A DNA stretch of 64,000 bases, from the NCBI GenBank assembly GCA_963840645.1, contig CAWIZL010000004.1:267470-331469 (forward strand), in the 5' to 3' direction. The translations under genes and the position numbers were made by a program. The DNA is from Candidatus Doudnabacteria bacterium (GTDB taxonomy: Bacteria; Patescibacteriota; Doudnabacteria; UBA920; VMFF01). Under the pieces are notes generated by a model. That model ran no database searches and was not told the origin of the DNA. It saw only the letters and a list, made by a program, of their open reading frames with translations. Shown in pieces: positions 49,859-57,979 of this stretch (position 1 is its first letter; every line of letters starts with the position of its first letter).

Positions 49859-49978
49859 TGGATTCGCAGGCTTGAGGCAAGTTCGAGGCAAAGTGTGAGG
49901 ATTTCTCGAGGCGTAGTCTACTACGGTGAGAGAAATCCGAACACTTTAACAAAGAAATTGACCAAGCCTGCGAATCCA
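49859..49978 (-). promoter_or_regulatory. 120-nt rod-like nested hairpin just upstream of rplC
   Basis: Four nested stems. Outer 16 bp: 49859-49874 tggattcgcaggcttg pairs with 49963-49978 caagcctgcgaatcca. Then aaagtgt/acacttt, then ggatttctc/gagaaatcc, then cgtag/ctacg. Confidence 0.55.
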
Positions 49979-49980
49979 AC

Positions 49981-50033
49981 CCAAATAAAAAACCGAGACG
50001 ATCCGCTTGCTTGCACAAATAAACCGTCTCGGT
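49981..50033 (-). terminator. Terminator-like hairpin plus U-run inside the rpsJ-rplC spacer (possible attenuator)
   Basis: 9-bp GC-rich stem: 49992-50000 accgagacg pairs with 50025-50033 cgtctcggt. On the minus strand it is followed by ttttttattt. Confidence 0.5.
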
Positions 50034-50196
50034 TCTTCAGTAAGCTGTATTGGATTCTGCTGAGCCAGCTAATTAAGCTGGAAATTGAATTTTTAACCTG
50101 CGTGCGGCTTGGTTTGGGTTCAGAGGTTGTCGCCCATTCTGCGAAGTTCTCTGTTTCCTTGCCTTGCCTACTAAATACTTACACTGACTACTTTCC

Positions 50197-50517
50197 CTAG
50201 TTCATCTTGATCTCCACGTCCACACCAGCTGGGAGATTGAGGTTCGTGAGAGAATCAATCGTTTTTGGAGTTGGATCGCTGATGTCAATGAGGCGCTTGT
50301 GCACCCGCATCTCAAACTGCTCTCGGCTGTCTTTGTGCACGAACGTTGAGCGAAGCACTGTGTACTTCGTCTTCTCCGTTGGCAGAGGGATTGGACCTGT
50401 GATCTGCGCGCCACTGCGCTTAGCTGTATCGACAATCTGCTTTGCAGACTGGTCAATGAGCTTGTGGTCGTACGCTTTGATCTTTATTCTGATTCTAGAC
50501 TTTGCCGCCTGGTCCAT
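50197..50517 (-). CDS. rpsJ: 30S ribosomal protein S10
   Basis: Intact 106-aa ORF with [17 protein letters not shown]. Confidence 0.93.
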   Translation of the reverse strand: MDQAAKSRIRIKIKAYDHKLIDQSAKQIVDTAKRSGAQITGPIPLPTEKTKYTVLRSTFVHKDSREQFEMRVHKRLIDISDPTPKTIDSLTNLNLPAGVDVEIKMN

Positions 50518-50542
50518 TGTAATTATTAAGGAATTCTTGGTT

Positions 50543-50571
50543 ATTTTATACTAGTCTCACGGTTTTGTCAA
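50543..50571 (-). promoter_or_regulatory. Sigma70-type promoter of the S10 operon
   Basis: Minus strand: TTGACA (50571-50566), 17-nt spacer, TAAAAT (50548-50543). The 8-bp inverted repeat tctcacgg/ccgtgaga brackets the -35. Confidence 0.55.
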
Positions 50572-50612
50572 AGAGCTAGAAACGTCCGTGAGAACCCCTC
50601 AGACAAACCCGC

Positions 50613-50644
50613 GAGGCTCAATTCCAATTAAGGAATTGAGCCTC
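50613..50644 (-). terminator. 13-bp hairpin directly after tuf (terminator or stabiliser; weak U-tract)
   Basis: 50613-50625 gaggctcaattcc pairs with 50632-50644 ggaattgagcctc. It lies 10 nt below the tuf stop (50655). Confidence 0.45.
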
Positions 50645-50654
50645 TTCGGGCGAT

Positions 50655-51846
50655 CTACTTTATGATGGAAACCACGACACCAGCGCCTACAGTGTGGCCT
50701 CCTTCGCGGATGGCGAAGCGCTGCTTTTCTTCAAGGGCGACTGGAGTTAATGAGCTTCACGGTGAACTTCACTGTGTCGCCTGGCATAACCATTTCCTGG
50801 CCTTCTGGCAAGGGTAACTTCGCCGGTCACATCTGTTGTGCGGATGTAGAACTGTGGCTTGTAGCCTTTGAAGAACGGAGTGTGGCGACCACCTTCTTCT
50901 TTCGTCAAGATGTAAACTTCGCCTTCGAACTCGGTGTGAGGCGTAACGCTGCCTGGCTTAGCCAAGACCTGTCCGCGCTCTACGTCGTCTTTCTTTGTAC
51001 CGCGGAGCAAGATACCTGCGTTGTCGCCAGCCATACCTTCATCGAGCTGCTTGTTGAACATTTCAATACCAGTGATGACAGTCTTTGCTGTTGGGCTGGA
51101 TACCGACGATTTCGATTTCTTCGTTGATCTTAACGATGCCGCGCTCAATACGGCCTGTAACCACAGTGCCACGGCCTTCAATAGAGAAGATGTCTTCAAT
51201 TGGCATGAGGAACGGCTTGTCTGTGTCGCGAACTGGGTCTGGGATGAACGTGTCGAGTGCATCCATGAGCTTCATGATTGAAGGTTCGCCAATCTCTGAC
51301 TGGTCGCCTTCAAGAGCTTTAAGAGCTGAACCGCGGATAATTGGGTGTTGTTGCCCTGGGAAGTCGTACTTTGTGAGAAGGTCGCGAATTTCTTCTTCAA
51401 CGAGGTCGAGAAGTTCTTTGTCGTCAACCATGTCAAACTTGTTCATGAAAACGACAATGTAAGGTACGCCCACCTGCTTAGCAAGCAAGAATGTGCTCAC
51501 GGGTCTGAGGCATTGCGCCGTCAGTTGCGGAAACAACCAAGATAGCGCCGTCCATTTGGGCGGCACCTGTGATCATGTTCTTGATGTAGTCAGCGTGGCC
51601 TGGGCAGTCTACGTGTGCGTAGTGGCGCTTTTCTGTTTCGTATTCTGCGTGAGACGTGTTGATGGTAATACCGCGAGCTTTTTCTTCTGGAGCATTGTCG
51701 ATGGAATCGTACGCACGAGCCTTTGCAAAGCCCTTCTTTGCCAAAACTGTGGTGATTGCAGCTGTGAGCGTTGTCTTGCCGTGGTCAACGTGGCCAATGG
51801 TACCAACGTTCACGTGGACTTTGCTTCGTTCAAACTTATCTGCCAT
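50655..51846 (-). CDS. tuf: Elongation factor Tu (frame interrupted at least 3 times)
   Basis: The gene is in four colinear pieces. [26 protein letters not shown] starts at ATG 51846. It continues through ORFs 51478..51879, 51063..51566 and 50747..51262. The tail is [30 protein letters not shown] with stop at 50655. Confidence 0.92.
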
Positions 51847-52047
51847 GTCCTTATCCTTATGTAGCCCGAGCACGTGCACCGCGAGGGTGTCAACTCTTTT
51901 TTCCTATTCCTAGGATCCAGGGCAAAGTTAATTGTTTGTTAAATTCTTATGTCTTTCGGGCTAACTTTTCTTGGAAATGGCCTCGCACAACGCGCGCTGC
52001 GGGATCATTCACAAAAAAAGCTTCTCGAAAGCTTTGACGCTATTGGG

Positions 52048-52077
52048 AGTTTAACAGAGATTGTGCAAACCTGTCAA
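52048..52077 (-). promoter_or_regulatory. Candidate promoter upstream of tuf
   Basis: Minus strand: TTGACA (52077-52072), 18-nt spacer, TAAACT (52053-52048). A weak A/T hairpin plus T-run lies at 52013-52035. Confidence 0.35.
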
Positions 52078-52085
52078 ATGTCGCG

Positions 52086-52253
52086 CTACTGGGGATCGGT
52101 TTCCTTGAGGTCTGTAGTGTGCTCTTTGAAATCTTCCTGTATTTTGACTAGCTCTGGATCAACCACTTCAGTGTTATCTGGCAAAATCTCTACTTGATCC
52201 TTCGTGACAGGGTTTTCTGAACGGTTTTCTATATTTTTTGAAATATTTTCCAT
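52086..52253 (-). CDS. Small acidic hypothetical protein (55 aa), possibly translated from a leaderless mRNA
   Basis: MENISKNIENRSENPVTKDQVEILPDNTEVVDPELVKIQEDFKEHTTDLKETDPQ. An extended -10 TGGTATAAT (52268-52260) ends 6 nt before the ATG. Confidence 0.35.
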   Translation of the reverse strand: MENISKNIENRSENPVTKDQVEILPDNTEVVDPELVKIQEDFKEHTTDLKETDPQ

Positions 52254-52270
52254 GTCTCTATTATACCACC

Positions 52271-52312
52271 AAAAATACAAAAGAGACGAAGTCGTGGTAC
52301 GACGTTCGTCTC
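52271..52312 (-). terminator. Strong rho-independent terminator ending the 55405-52349 operon
   Basis: Nested 13-bp stem from 52283 to 52312: gagacgaa-gtcgt, loop ggt, acgac-g-ttcgtctc. On the minus strand it is followed by ttttgtattttt. Confidence 0.7.
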
Positions 52313-52348
52313 TCAGGTGTTTGGAGCCTGGCTTGGTAGCCGGCTCCG

Positions 52349-52948
52349 CTAGAAATGTTCCTCCATTTTAGCGTTGAGGCGCGTGGTGAGAAATTCCTTC
52401 CACACGCGCGTGGTGGCAATCATCATCTTCATTTTCTCTGCCCGGTTGGGCAGGTACCAATCAATGATGACGCCATCAAGTTTCGGTACGTTTGGAACGG
52501 CGTCTTCCATGTTCATGAAGATTCCGTTCCACTTGTCTCTCGCAACGTCAGCTGGCTTGCCGTCCTCCCACTTGAAGAGGTCGGAAAATTCCAGCCCGTC
52601 GCTGAATACCAGCACGTGGTCGCCGGCAACCAGGTGGTCTTCGTGGATCGTATTGAGGATCCCGAACACCAGTTCGCTGCGCTTCTCGTTGTGGAGGGTT
52701 TTAATTACCTCCTCACGGGTTTCTTCGATGTCTGACTGCCCATCACCTTTCGGTGCGTGGGCAGCGATGTCTACTTTCCTAATGAGGTTGTAGGCCCCAC
52801 TTGCGCCGAGACGGTGGAACAGGATTTGCACCCTGTAGCCTCGGTTTGTCGATTGCGATACCATGTCCGAATTGAGTCGAAGCTCCAGCTGCTCGGTGAG
52901 GAGTTTTGGATCCCCAGAACTGCTGTCAACGAACACGTCATACTTCAC
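52349..52948 (-). CDS. Hypothetical protein with alternating beta/alpha, vWA-like pattern
   Basis: Intact 199-aa ORF. The GTG start overlaps the upstream stop (GTGA). YDVFVDSSSG, VQILFHR, HVLVFSDGLE and VIIDWYL resemble vWA strands with a degenerate MIDAS motif. The assignment is tentative. Confidence 0.5.
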   Translation of the reverse strand: MKYDVFVDSSSGDPKLLTEQLELRLNSDMVSQSTNRGYRVQILFHRLGASGAYNLIRKVDIAAHAPKGDGQSDIEETREEVIKTLHNEKRSELVFGILNTIHEDHLVAGDHVLVFSDGLEFSDLFKWEDGKPADVARDKWNGIFMNMEDAVPNVPKLDGVIIDWYLPNRAEKMKMMIATTRVWKEFLTTRLNAKMEEHF

Positions 52949-53584
52949 TGGCGGGGCAACTCAATCGCGTTGAGTTCAGCCACTCGCCGCTCTACAGCGG
53001 CTCGCGCCTTGAGTAGCAGAGGTATCCGTGATGTTGGGTTTGCGTCATGCCACTGGCGGGATCAGTTCTTCGGTGGTTGGCGTTTCTTTTCCATCGATGT
53101 TTTTGATCACAACCAGGTTCAAGCCCTTGCCCTGCTTTATCCCTTTCTCACGGATGTCCGTGAGCCACTCTGGAGTGACAGCCCGTTCAGGGAAATCGCG
53201 ACGAACGGTGATGCTCTCCCAGCTCGGGACAAACGTGCTGACAGGTCGCACCGCCACAAAATAGTAGGCAGCGAAAGCGACCAGCAACCCGAACACGATA
53301 CCTGTGGCAATCCAGCTTACCGGAACGTGATCGCCATCGGATTTCTGATCGGCGTATACGTCGCTTGCTACGGATACGTGAAGCTCCGTATGCCTCACCG
53401 GAGTAGGGGTTTGCACTGGATCTGGAGAAGGTTGTGCTGCGGGAAGTACTTGTGGCACCTCCCGCAGAAACGGTTTTTGGTTTGGACTCACTGGAGGTGG
53501 TGCAGTCCGCTTTTCTATCGTTCTACCGCCGCCGAGTCTTCTCGGCGACGGCTGCTTTACACCCGACAATGGGTACATATCCAC
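52945..53584 (-). CDS. Hypothetical proline-rich single-pass membrane protein (frame interrupted once)
   Basis: ORF 53045..53584 has a P-rich N-terminus and a TM helix (WIATGIVFGLLVAFAAYYFVAV). A frame change near 53050 adds the tail ...IPLLLKARAAVERRVAELNAIELPRQ, ending at 52945. Confidence 0.5.
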
Positions 53585-53587
53585 TCC

Positions 53588-55405
53588 TTATGTTTTGTGT
53601 GCTGCTATACCTTTTTCCAGATCCGGCAGCCTTTGCTCATCTGCCGTCGGCGTTTGACCCTCAATCTGAAACTTCTTCTGCCTGCGCAGCTCAGCGGCGG
53701 CGCTCCTCTGCGCTTCCTCTGACGAACGTTGTTGAACAGCGCGGTCGAATTCGGCTTGCGCATTACGCCTCGCGGTGATCTTGCCCTTCTCGTCGTCGGT
53801 AAATTGAACGATGAGGGGTTCGATCTTGGTCAAAACATCGAGGGCGGGCAGTCTTGGATCAAATGCTGCTATTAAGGCTTCCAAGTCCGGATCCGCCAGA
53901 GCCAACGGTGCCGCGTCCTTCGCAGACTTTGCGATGCGGGCACTGGGGCCACTCTGGAGGTACCTGTCACGGTCGAGCTTGCCTTCCAGCAAGCGCATCA
54001 TCGAATCAATCAGGTCCCCAACTCCCGGCAGGTAAACTTCGCCGTGCACCCTTCGGTACCCAGCGAGTAATTCTGCGCGGTAGGTTCTCTGTTCTTTAAT
54101 GGCGGCGAGGAGCTCCTGCAGCGGAACTTCTGCACTCTGCACGTCTGCCTTGTAAGCAACGTTTGCAACTTCAATTGGGTCTGGCGCCGGCTTTGCGGCT
54201 TCTTTGAGGTCAGCTTGGTAGGCGGCCATATCGGCTTCGTACTTTGCATTCGCCTGCGCGAGGCGCTCTGAATTGCGCGCGGCACGGAGGGCGAGTTCGT
54301 TCTTGGCCAAATCTTGTGTCGAGCGCACCTTGTCAGTCAGTTTTTGCTCCTGCTCAACAAAGTACTTCGGCAGAGGCGTCGTGACGAGCATCTCGATGAA
54401 GATGCTCACGAGGAAGCAAACTGGAACCATCCAGGTTCCCAGGCTCGTACCTGCCAGAGTAGAATCACTGGCAATTTGGCTGAGCCGGTACCAAACGAAC
54501 GCTACAGTGGCAATGAAGAGGACGCTCATTGCGCCGATCCCCACGACCCACTTCGCGCTATCCGGTGCCTGTGGCTTGCCGTACCTGTTCTTCACCGTAG
54601 AATCAAGCTTTGCGAATACCGCGAGAGCTCTTTGTACGTGAGGAGGTGGTGGCACTGCTCCACTCCGAAGAGTATGAGCAAGTTGCTGAGGACTGCGATG
54701 ACGAAGATCACTGCGAACGTTGCCACTGGCCCCATGACAGTTCTGGTGACCTCAATGTTCAGAGATCCCTCGACCAAGGCCATGATGACCGACGATGCGA
54801 TGGTCACAATGAATGCAAGCTTTGCAGCTGGCATCATGACGCTGAGGAGACTTCGCTTCGGATCGCCAACCGCAGAAACACGGTTCGTCGTCAGATCGAC
54901 TGTGTACTGCTCCCACTCCTTCTCCGCCGGTGAAGAGCCGTCCTGTTCAAGGACAACCTCTCCCCTGACCGGTTCAGGAATTTGGACCGCCTGCTGAACG
55001 GGAGGTTCTATCTCCCCTTCAGCAATTTGGACCCCGCTCGCGGGTGACGTGCTCGATGACGTCAATGAATCGCCCGCGCGCCTCAGCTTCTTCTGCCTGG
55101 CGCTTTGCGGCCAGCTCTACCTTGAGAATCGGCCACCTGCTCAGAGTATCTCTCAGCCATGCGCCGTTCTCCTGAATGTGCGGGGCGACCGCGGTGTTCT
55201 CGAATTCTTTCCAGCCGTCCGCAGCGTCTAAAGCAACGCTCTCGCACAGCTCGTAAAAGTTATCGTGGTTAGTGTCAAAGGCAGCCGCGGTGCGCGACAG
55301 CCTCTTCGTGGCAATGTTATCCAGGTGGATGAGCATGCTACTGGTGTCATACATCTCGTTGCTGTTTGCCGCCAACTCTTCGGCGTTTTTGTTTTCGCTT
55401 TGCAT
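53588..55405 (-). CDS. Hypothetical membrane protein of about 600 aa, with about 5 TM helices and a long coiled-coil C-terminal half (frame interrupted twice; may be up to 3 ORFs)
   Basis: ORFs 55019..55405, 54592..55065 and 53588..54655 are colinear. The junction at C-run 55032-55035 restores ...HVTRER/VQIAEGEIEPP. The second junction is near 54640. AGGGAGG lies before the ATG at 55405. Confidence 0.5.
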
Positions 55406-55547
55406 ACTAATACTTAACCTCCCTATATTCTAAAGTTGAACTTCTGCTACAGGTGCCAAGCAAAGGATAAGTAAGATTGCACTCAACCTATGCACGGCAC
55501 CTGGCCGCAGAAATCAACCTGTATTCGGTTGTAAAAGTACTGGTCGC

Positions 55548-55576
55548 ATTTTAACATTTATAAATGATATTGTCAA
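55548..55576 (-). promoter_or_regulatory. Sigma70 promoter for the 55405-52349 operon
   Basis: Minus strand: TTGACA (55576-55571), 17-nt spacer, TAAAAT (55553-55548). The leader is about 140 nt. Confidence 0.6.
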
Positions 55577-55638
55577 TAGTTAGACCTTATATTTTTATTA
55601 ATTAGCAAAAATACCAATATACCATGACTTTTAGCCTA

Positions 55639-55667
55639 TTGACATATAGTTAAAATACTGGTATAAT
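55639..55667 (+). promoter_or_regulatory. Perfect-consensus sigma70 promoter for the plus-strand island genes
   Basis: TTGACA (55639-55644), 17-nt spacer, TATAAT (55662-55667). The leader is about 140 nt and ends in AAGGAGG, 8 nt before the ATG at 55815. Confidence 0.7.
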
Positions 55668-55814
55668 AGTATCAAATAAAATAATTTACGGCTTCACGCA
55701 AGCTTACTCTTCACTAGCAAGAAAAGCTTACACGAGGCTATAAACCCAGAAACTCCCAGTGTTTGCCTCAAAACACTGGAACGCACCAAAAACCCACAAG
55801 GAGGGTTTGAGACG

Positions 55815-56729
55815 ATGTTTACAAAGAAATGCTTCACCGTGCGCATCGCTGTATTGTTGCTGATGGTATTCGGGTTCAATACCCTTGCCGCAGCAGCTGA
55901 ACAAATCCAAGCCAAAAAGCTTGGCCCAATTGCCAGCCTCGAAAAAGCCGGCAAATCAATGTACTTTCTGACCTCGCTGCTCGACGAGAAAGGCAACAAG
56001 CTTGATCCAGCAGACAACGGCAAGTGGCCTGATGGAAGCTTCACCCTTCCCGACGACGCGGTCGAAGACAAAGAAGGCACGTTCGCCTTCCTGGCTGCCA
56101 TCAATGACAGCCCGACCAAAGCAAAGGGCAAGAAAGCTCAAGGCTTCCACAAAGGCACGCCTCTTGGATGTCCTCCTCCTACTGAGAAGGTCATCGAAAA
56201 AGCAATCACGAAAGAGCACGATCTCTTCGAGCTCACGGTGACCAAGACCATCAAGGTAGGAGAAGTTGCAACGTTTGAGAAGTTCTCAGACGGCAGCGCT
56301 TTCTACACAGTGGAGGTGGATCAGACCACCAAAGGGGTAACAGAATTCAACCAGAGCGATAACACCTTTACGCTCACCGGCAAAAAGGTTGGTAGAAACA
56401 TCATCACGGTGTGGGTCGCGACGGACAAAAAGATCCGCGAGTTGATCAACGTTGACGTTGTGGCAGCAGCACCCGCTGCTGGCACAGGCTCTGGAACTTC
56501 AGCCATAACAATTGCAACCTGGACAGTTGGTGGTGTGATTGTCCTCCTCATGTTGCTGGTGTTGCTGGTAATTTTTCTGGTGAGCAAGGCGAAGCCGAGG
56601 CACACTCTTGGTCTCTTTTTCAGAACAGACTACCCGGACGAACCAGTTTCTACAGAGAGCACTCAGCACGTGGCGCCTACACAGGCACCGCCCGCTCGAG
56701 ATGACGACGACCGCTACGAGCGAGTGTAG
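55815..56729 (+). CDS. Hypothetical type I membrane protein (signal peptide, Ig-like ectodomain, C-terminal TM anchor)
   Basis: Intact 304-aa ORF with signal peptide ...FNTLAAAAEQ, a beta-rich segment TVTKTIKVGEVATF...FTLTGKKVGRNIITVWV, and a TM helix WTVGGVIVLLMLLVLLVIFLV. A strong SD precedes it. Confidence 0.65.
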   Translation: MFTKKCFTVRIAVLLLMVFGFNTLAAAAEQIQAKKLGPIASLEKAGKSMYFLTSLLDEKGNKLDPADNGKWPDGSFTLPDDAVEDKEGTFAFLAAINDSPTKAKGKKAQGFHKGTPLGCPPPTEKVIEKAITKEHDLFELTVTKTIKVGEVATFEKFSDGSAFYTVEVDQTTKGVTEFNQSDNTFTLTGKKVGRNIITVWVATDKKIRELINVDVVAAAPAAGTGSGTSAITIATWTVGGVIVLLMLLVLLVIFLVSKAKPRHTLGLFFRTDYPDEPVSTESTQHVAPTQAPPARDDDDRYERV

Positions 56730-56858
56730 CCGTAAAACACATTTGTCATGGGAGAGCCAAGCAACGATAGGCCGGCGAAATACCGCTACTTCCGAAAGGG
56801 AGCATGTAAGTAACCACCATTTGACTTTTGCACTTCATTGAACATCGTACACCGCAAG

Positions 56859-56890
56859 TCTACGTCCAAATCTTGGATGTAGATTTTTTG
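56859..56890 (+). terminator. Rho-independent terminator
   Basis: 10-bp stem: tctacgtcca, loop aatct, tggatgtaga (one G-U pair), followed by TTTTTTG. Confidence 0.7.
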
Positions 56891-56943
56891 CTTTTGAGGC
56901 AAAATACGCTATAATTTTAATATAAATTCTCTACGCCACACTA

Positions 56944-57921
56944 ATGTTCAACAACTGGTTTCGAGATAGAGACAACGGCGAACGTGGCCACCACGACAGT
57001 GAAGTCGAGGTTGATCTTACAGACAGCACTGGACGCACCATTGGCACGCAGATAATGCCACGATCTGAGGCTCTTGAACACGGCTACGACCTCATTGACG
57101 CACCAGAGCGCGAGCGTCTGGCAGATGAAATAACCTTGCAAGCTGGAGAAGTTGCGCAGCACGAGGGCGTTCTCCACCAGGGCTTCAACGTGAACCAGAG
57201 GATGAACATTGCGAACCCTGAAGTGCCGCACTTTTTAACTGAGAGAGCCAATGAATCTAGGTCGTTTGGACAAAAAACAAAAACCTTCATTGTTGGCTTG
57301 GTTGCCGGCACAGATGCAGCTGCTGCAATTACGTACAAAACCGCAGTGGGCGCAGGCGTTCGCAGTGCGATTAAGCACACCCTAAACTTTGCTGCACCTG
57401 GAGCTGGTGCTGCTGTTGGCGCTGTTGTGGGTGGATCGTGGGAGGGTGTAAAAGCTTCGCGCCAAGAGAGCCAGCGTGTTGAGGCTGAGCAGGCTCGTTA
57501 CAGAGAGGCACTGGAGGCGATCACGGGTACAGAAGATCGCATGGAAGAGCTCTTGAAGATGCGCAATGAGAGCGACGTGGAGCACCTATCTCCAGAGCAG
57601 CAGCACGTGCTCGAACAGTACCGCGCGGTTAAAAAAGATAGGAAAAAAATTGGCATCGCAATCCTGAAAGGCGCTGCGATTGGCTGCCTGGGCGGTGCTG
57701 TCGGCGGCGCACTCATTGAGGTGGCAAGCTACGGCTTGCACCACCTAGCTGACCTTGAAAAATTAAAAGCCGCTGGAGACGCCGTGAAGAAAGTTTTCCA
57801 GTACACGGTCAAGCCGGGTGCTCCAAATGTTTTCAGATTTGAAAACAAAGATGTTGTCCAAGACATGAGCAAGAGCACATGGAACACGGTCAAGGAATGG
57901 TACAGAAGCTCACGGAATTGA
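56944..57921 (+). CDS. Hypothetical protein with two glycine-zipper-like hydrophobic segments and a central charged helix
   Basis: Intact 325-aa ORF with GLVAGTDAAAAITYKTAVGAGV/APGAGAAVGAVVGG and GAAIGCLGGAVGGALIEV. TATAAT lies at 56910-56915. It may continue into the next ORF by a frame change. Confidence 0.55.
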   Translation: MFNNWFRDRDNGERGHHDSEVEVDLTDSTGRTIGTQIMPRSEALEHGYDLIDAPERERLADEITLQAGEVAQHEGVLHQGFNVNQRMNIANPEVPHFLTERANESRSFGQKTKTFIVGLVAGTDAAAAITYKTAVGAGVRSAIKHTLNFAAPGAGAAVGAVVGGSWEGVKASRQESQRVEAEQARYREALEAITGTEDRMEELLKMRNESDVEHLSPEQQHVLEQYRAVKKDRKKIGIAILKGAAIGCLGGAVGGALIEVASYGLHHLADLEKLKAAGDAVKKVFQYTVKPGAPNVFRFENKDVVQDMSKSTWNTVKEWYRSSRN

Positions 57922-57979
57922 TAAGCCGAGCAATAAGTTAATCAACGAAGGCGTCAGGAAGCTGGCAGCAATCAACAAC

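Noticed and set aside
49824-50018. A 64-aa minus-strand ORF in the rpsJ-rplC spacer
   Set aside because: It runs through the nested hairpins and the terminator stem. It has no start context and an implausible composition. The region is better explained as structured RNA or DNA.
51847-52085. Possible tRNA genes upstream of tuf, as in many bacteria
   Set aside because: I saw no cloverleaf-compatible segment and no GTTCGAATC-type T-arm on either strand. Only a weak promoter and a short A/T hairpin are present.
52757-53722. A long 321-aa plus-strand ORF, and similar ones at 54314..54997, 26844..27572, 28534..29322, 16129..16725 and 55694..56131
   Set aside because: They lie antisense to, or out of frame with, well-supported genes. 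They are rich in R/S/A/P low-complexity sequence, as is typical of shadow ORFs in GC-rich DNA. They have no start context or motifs.
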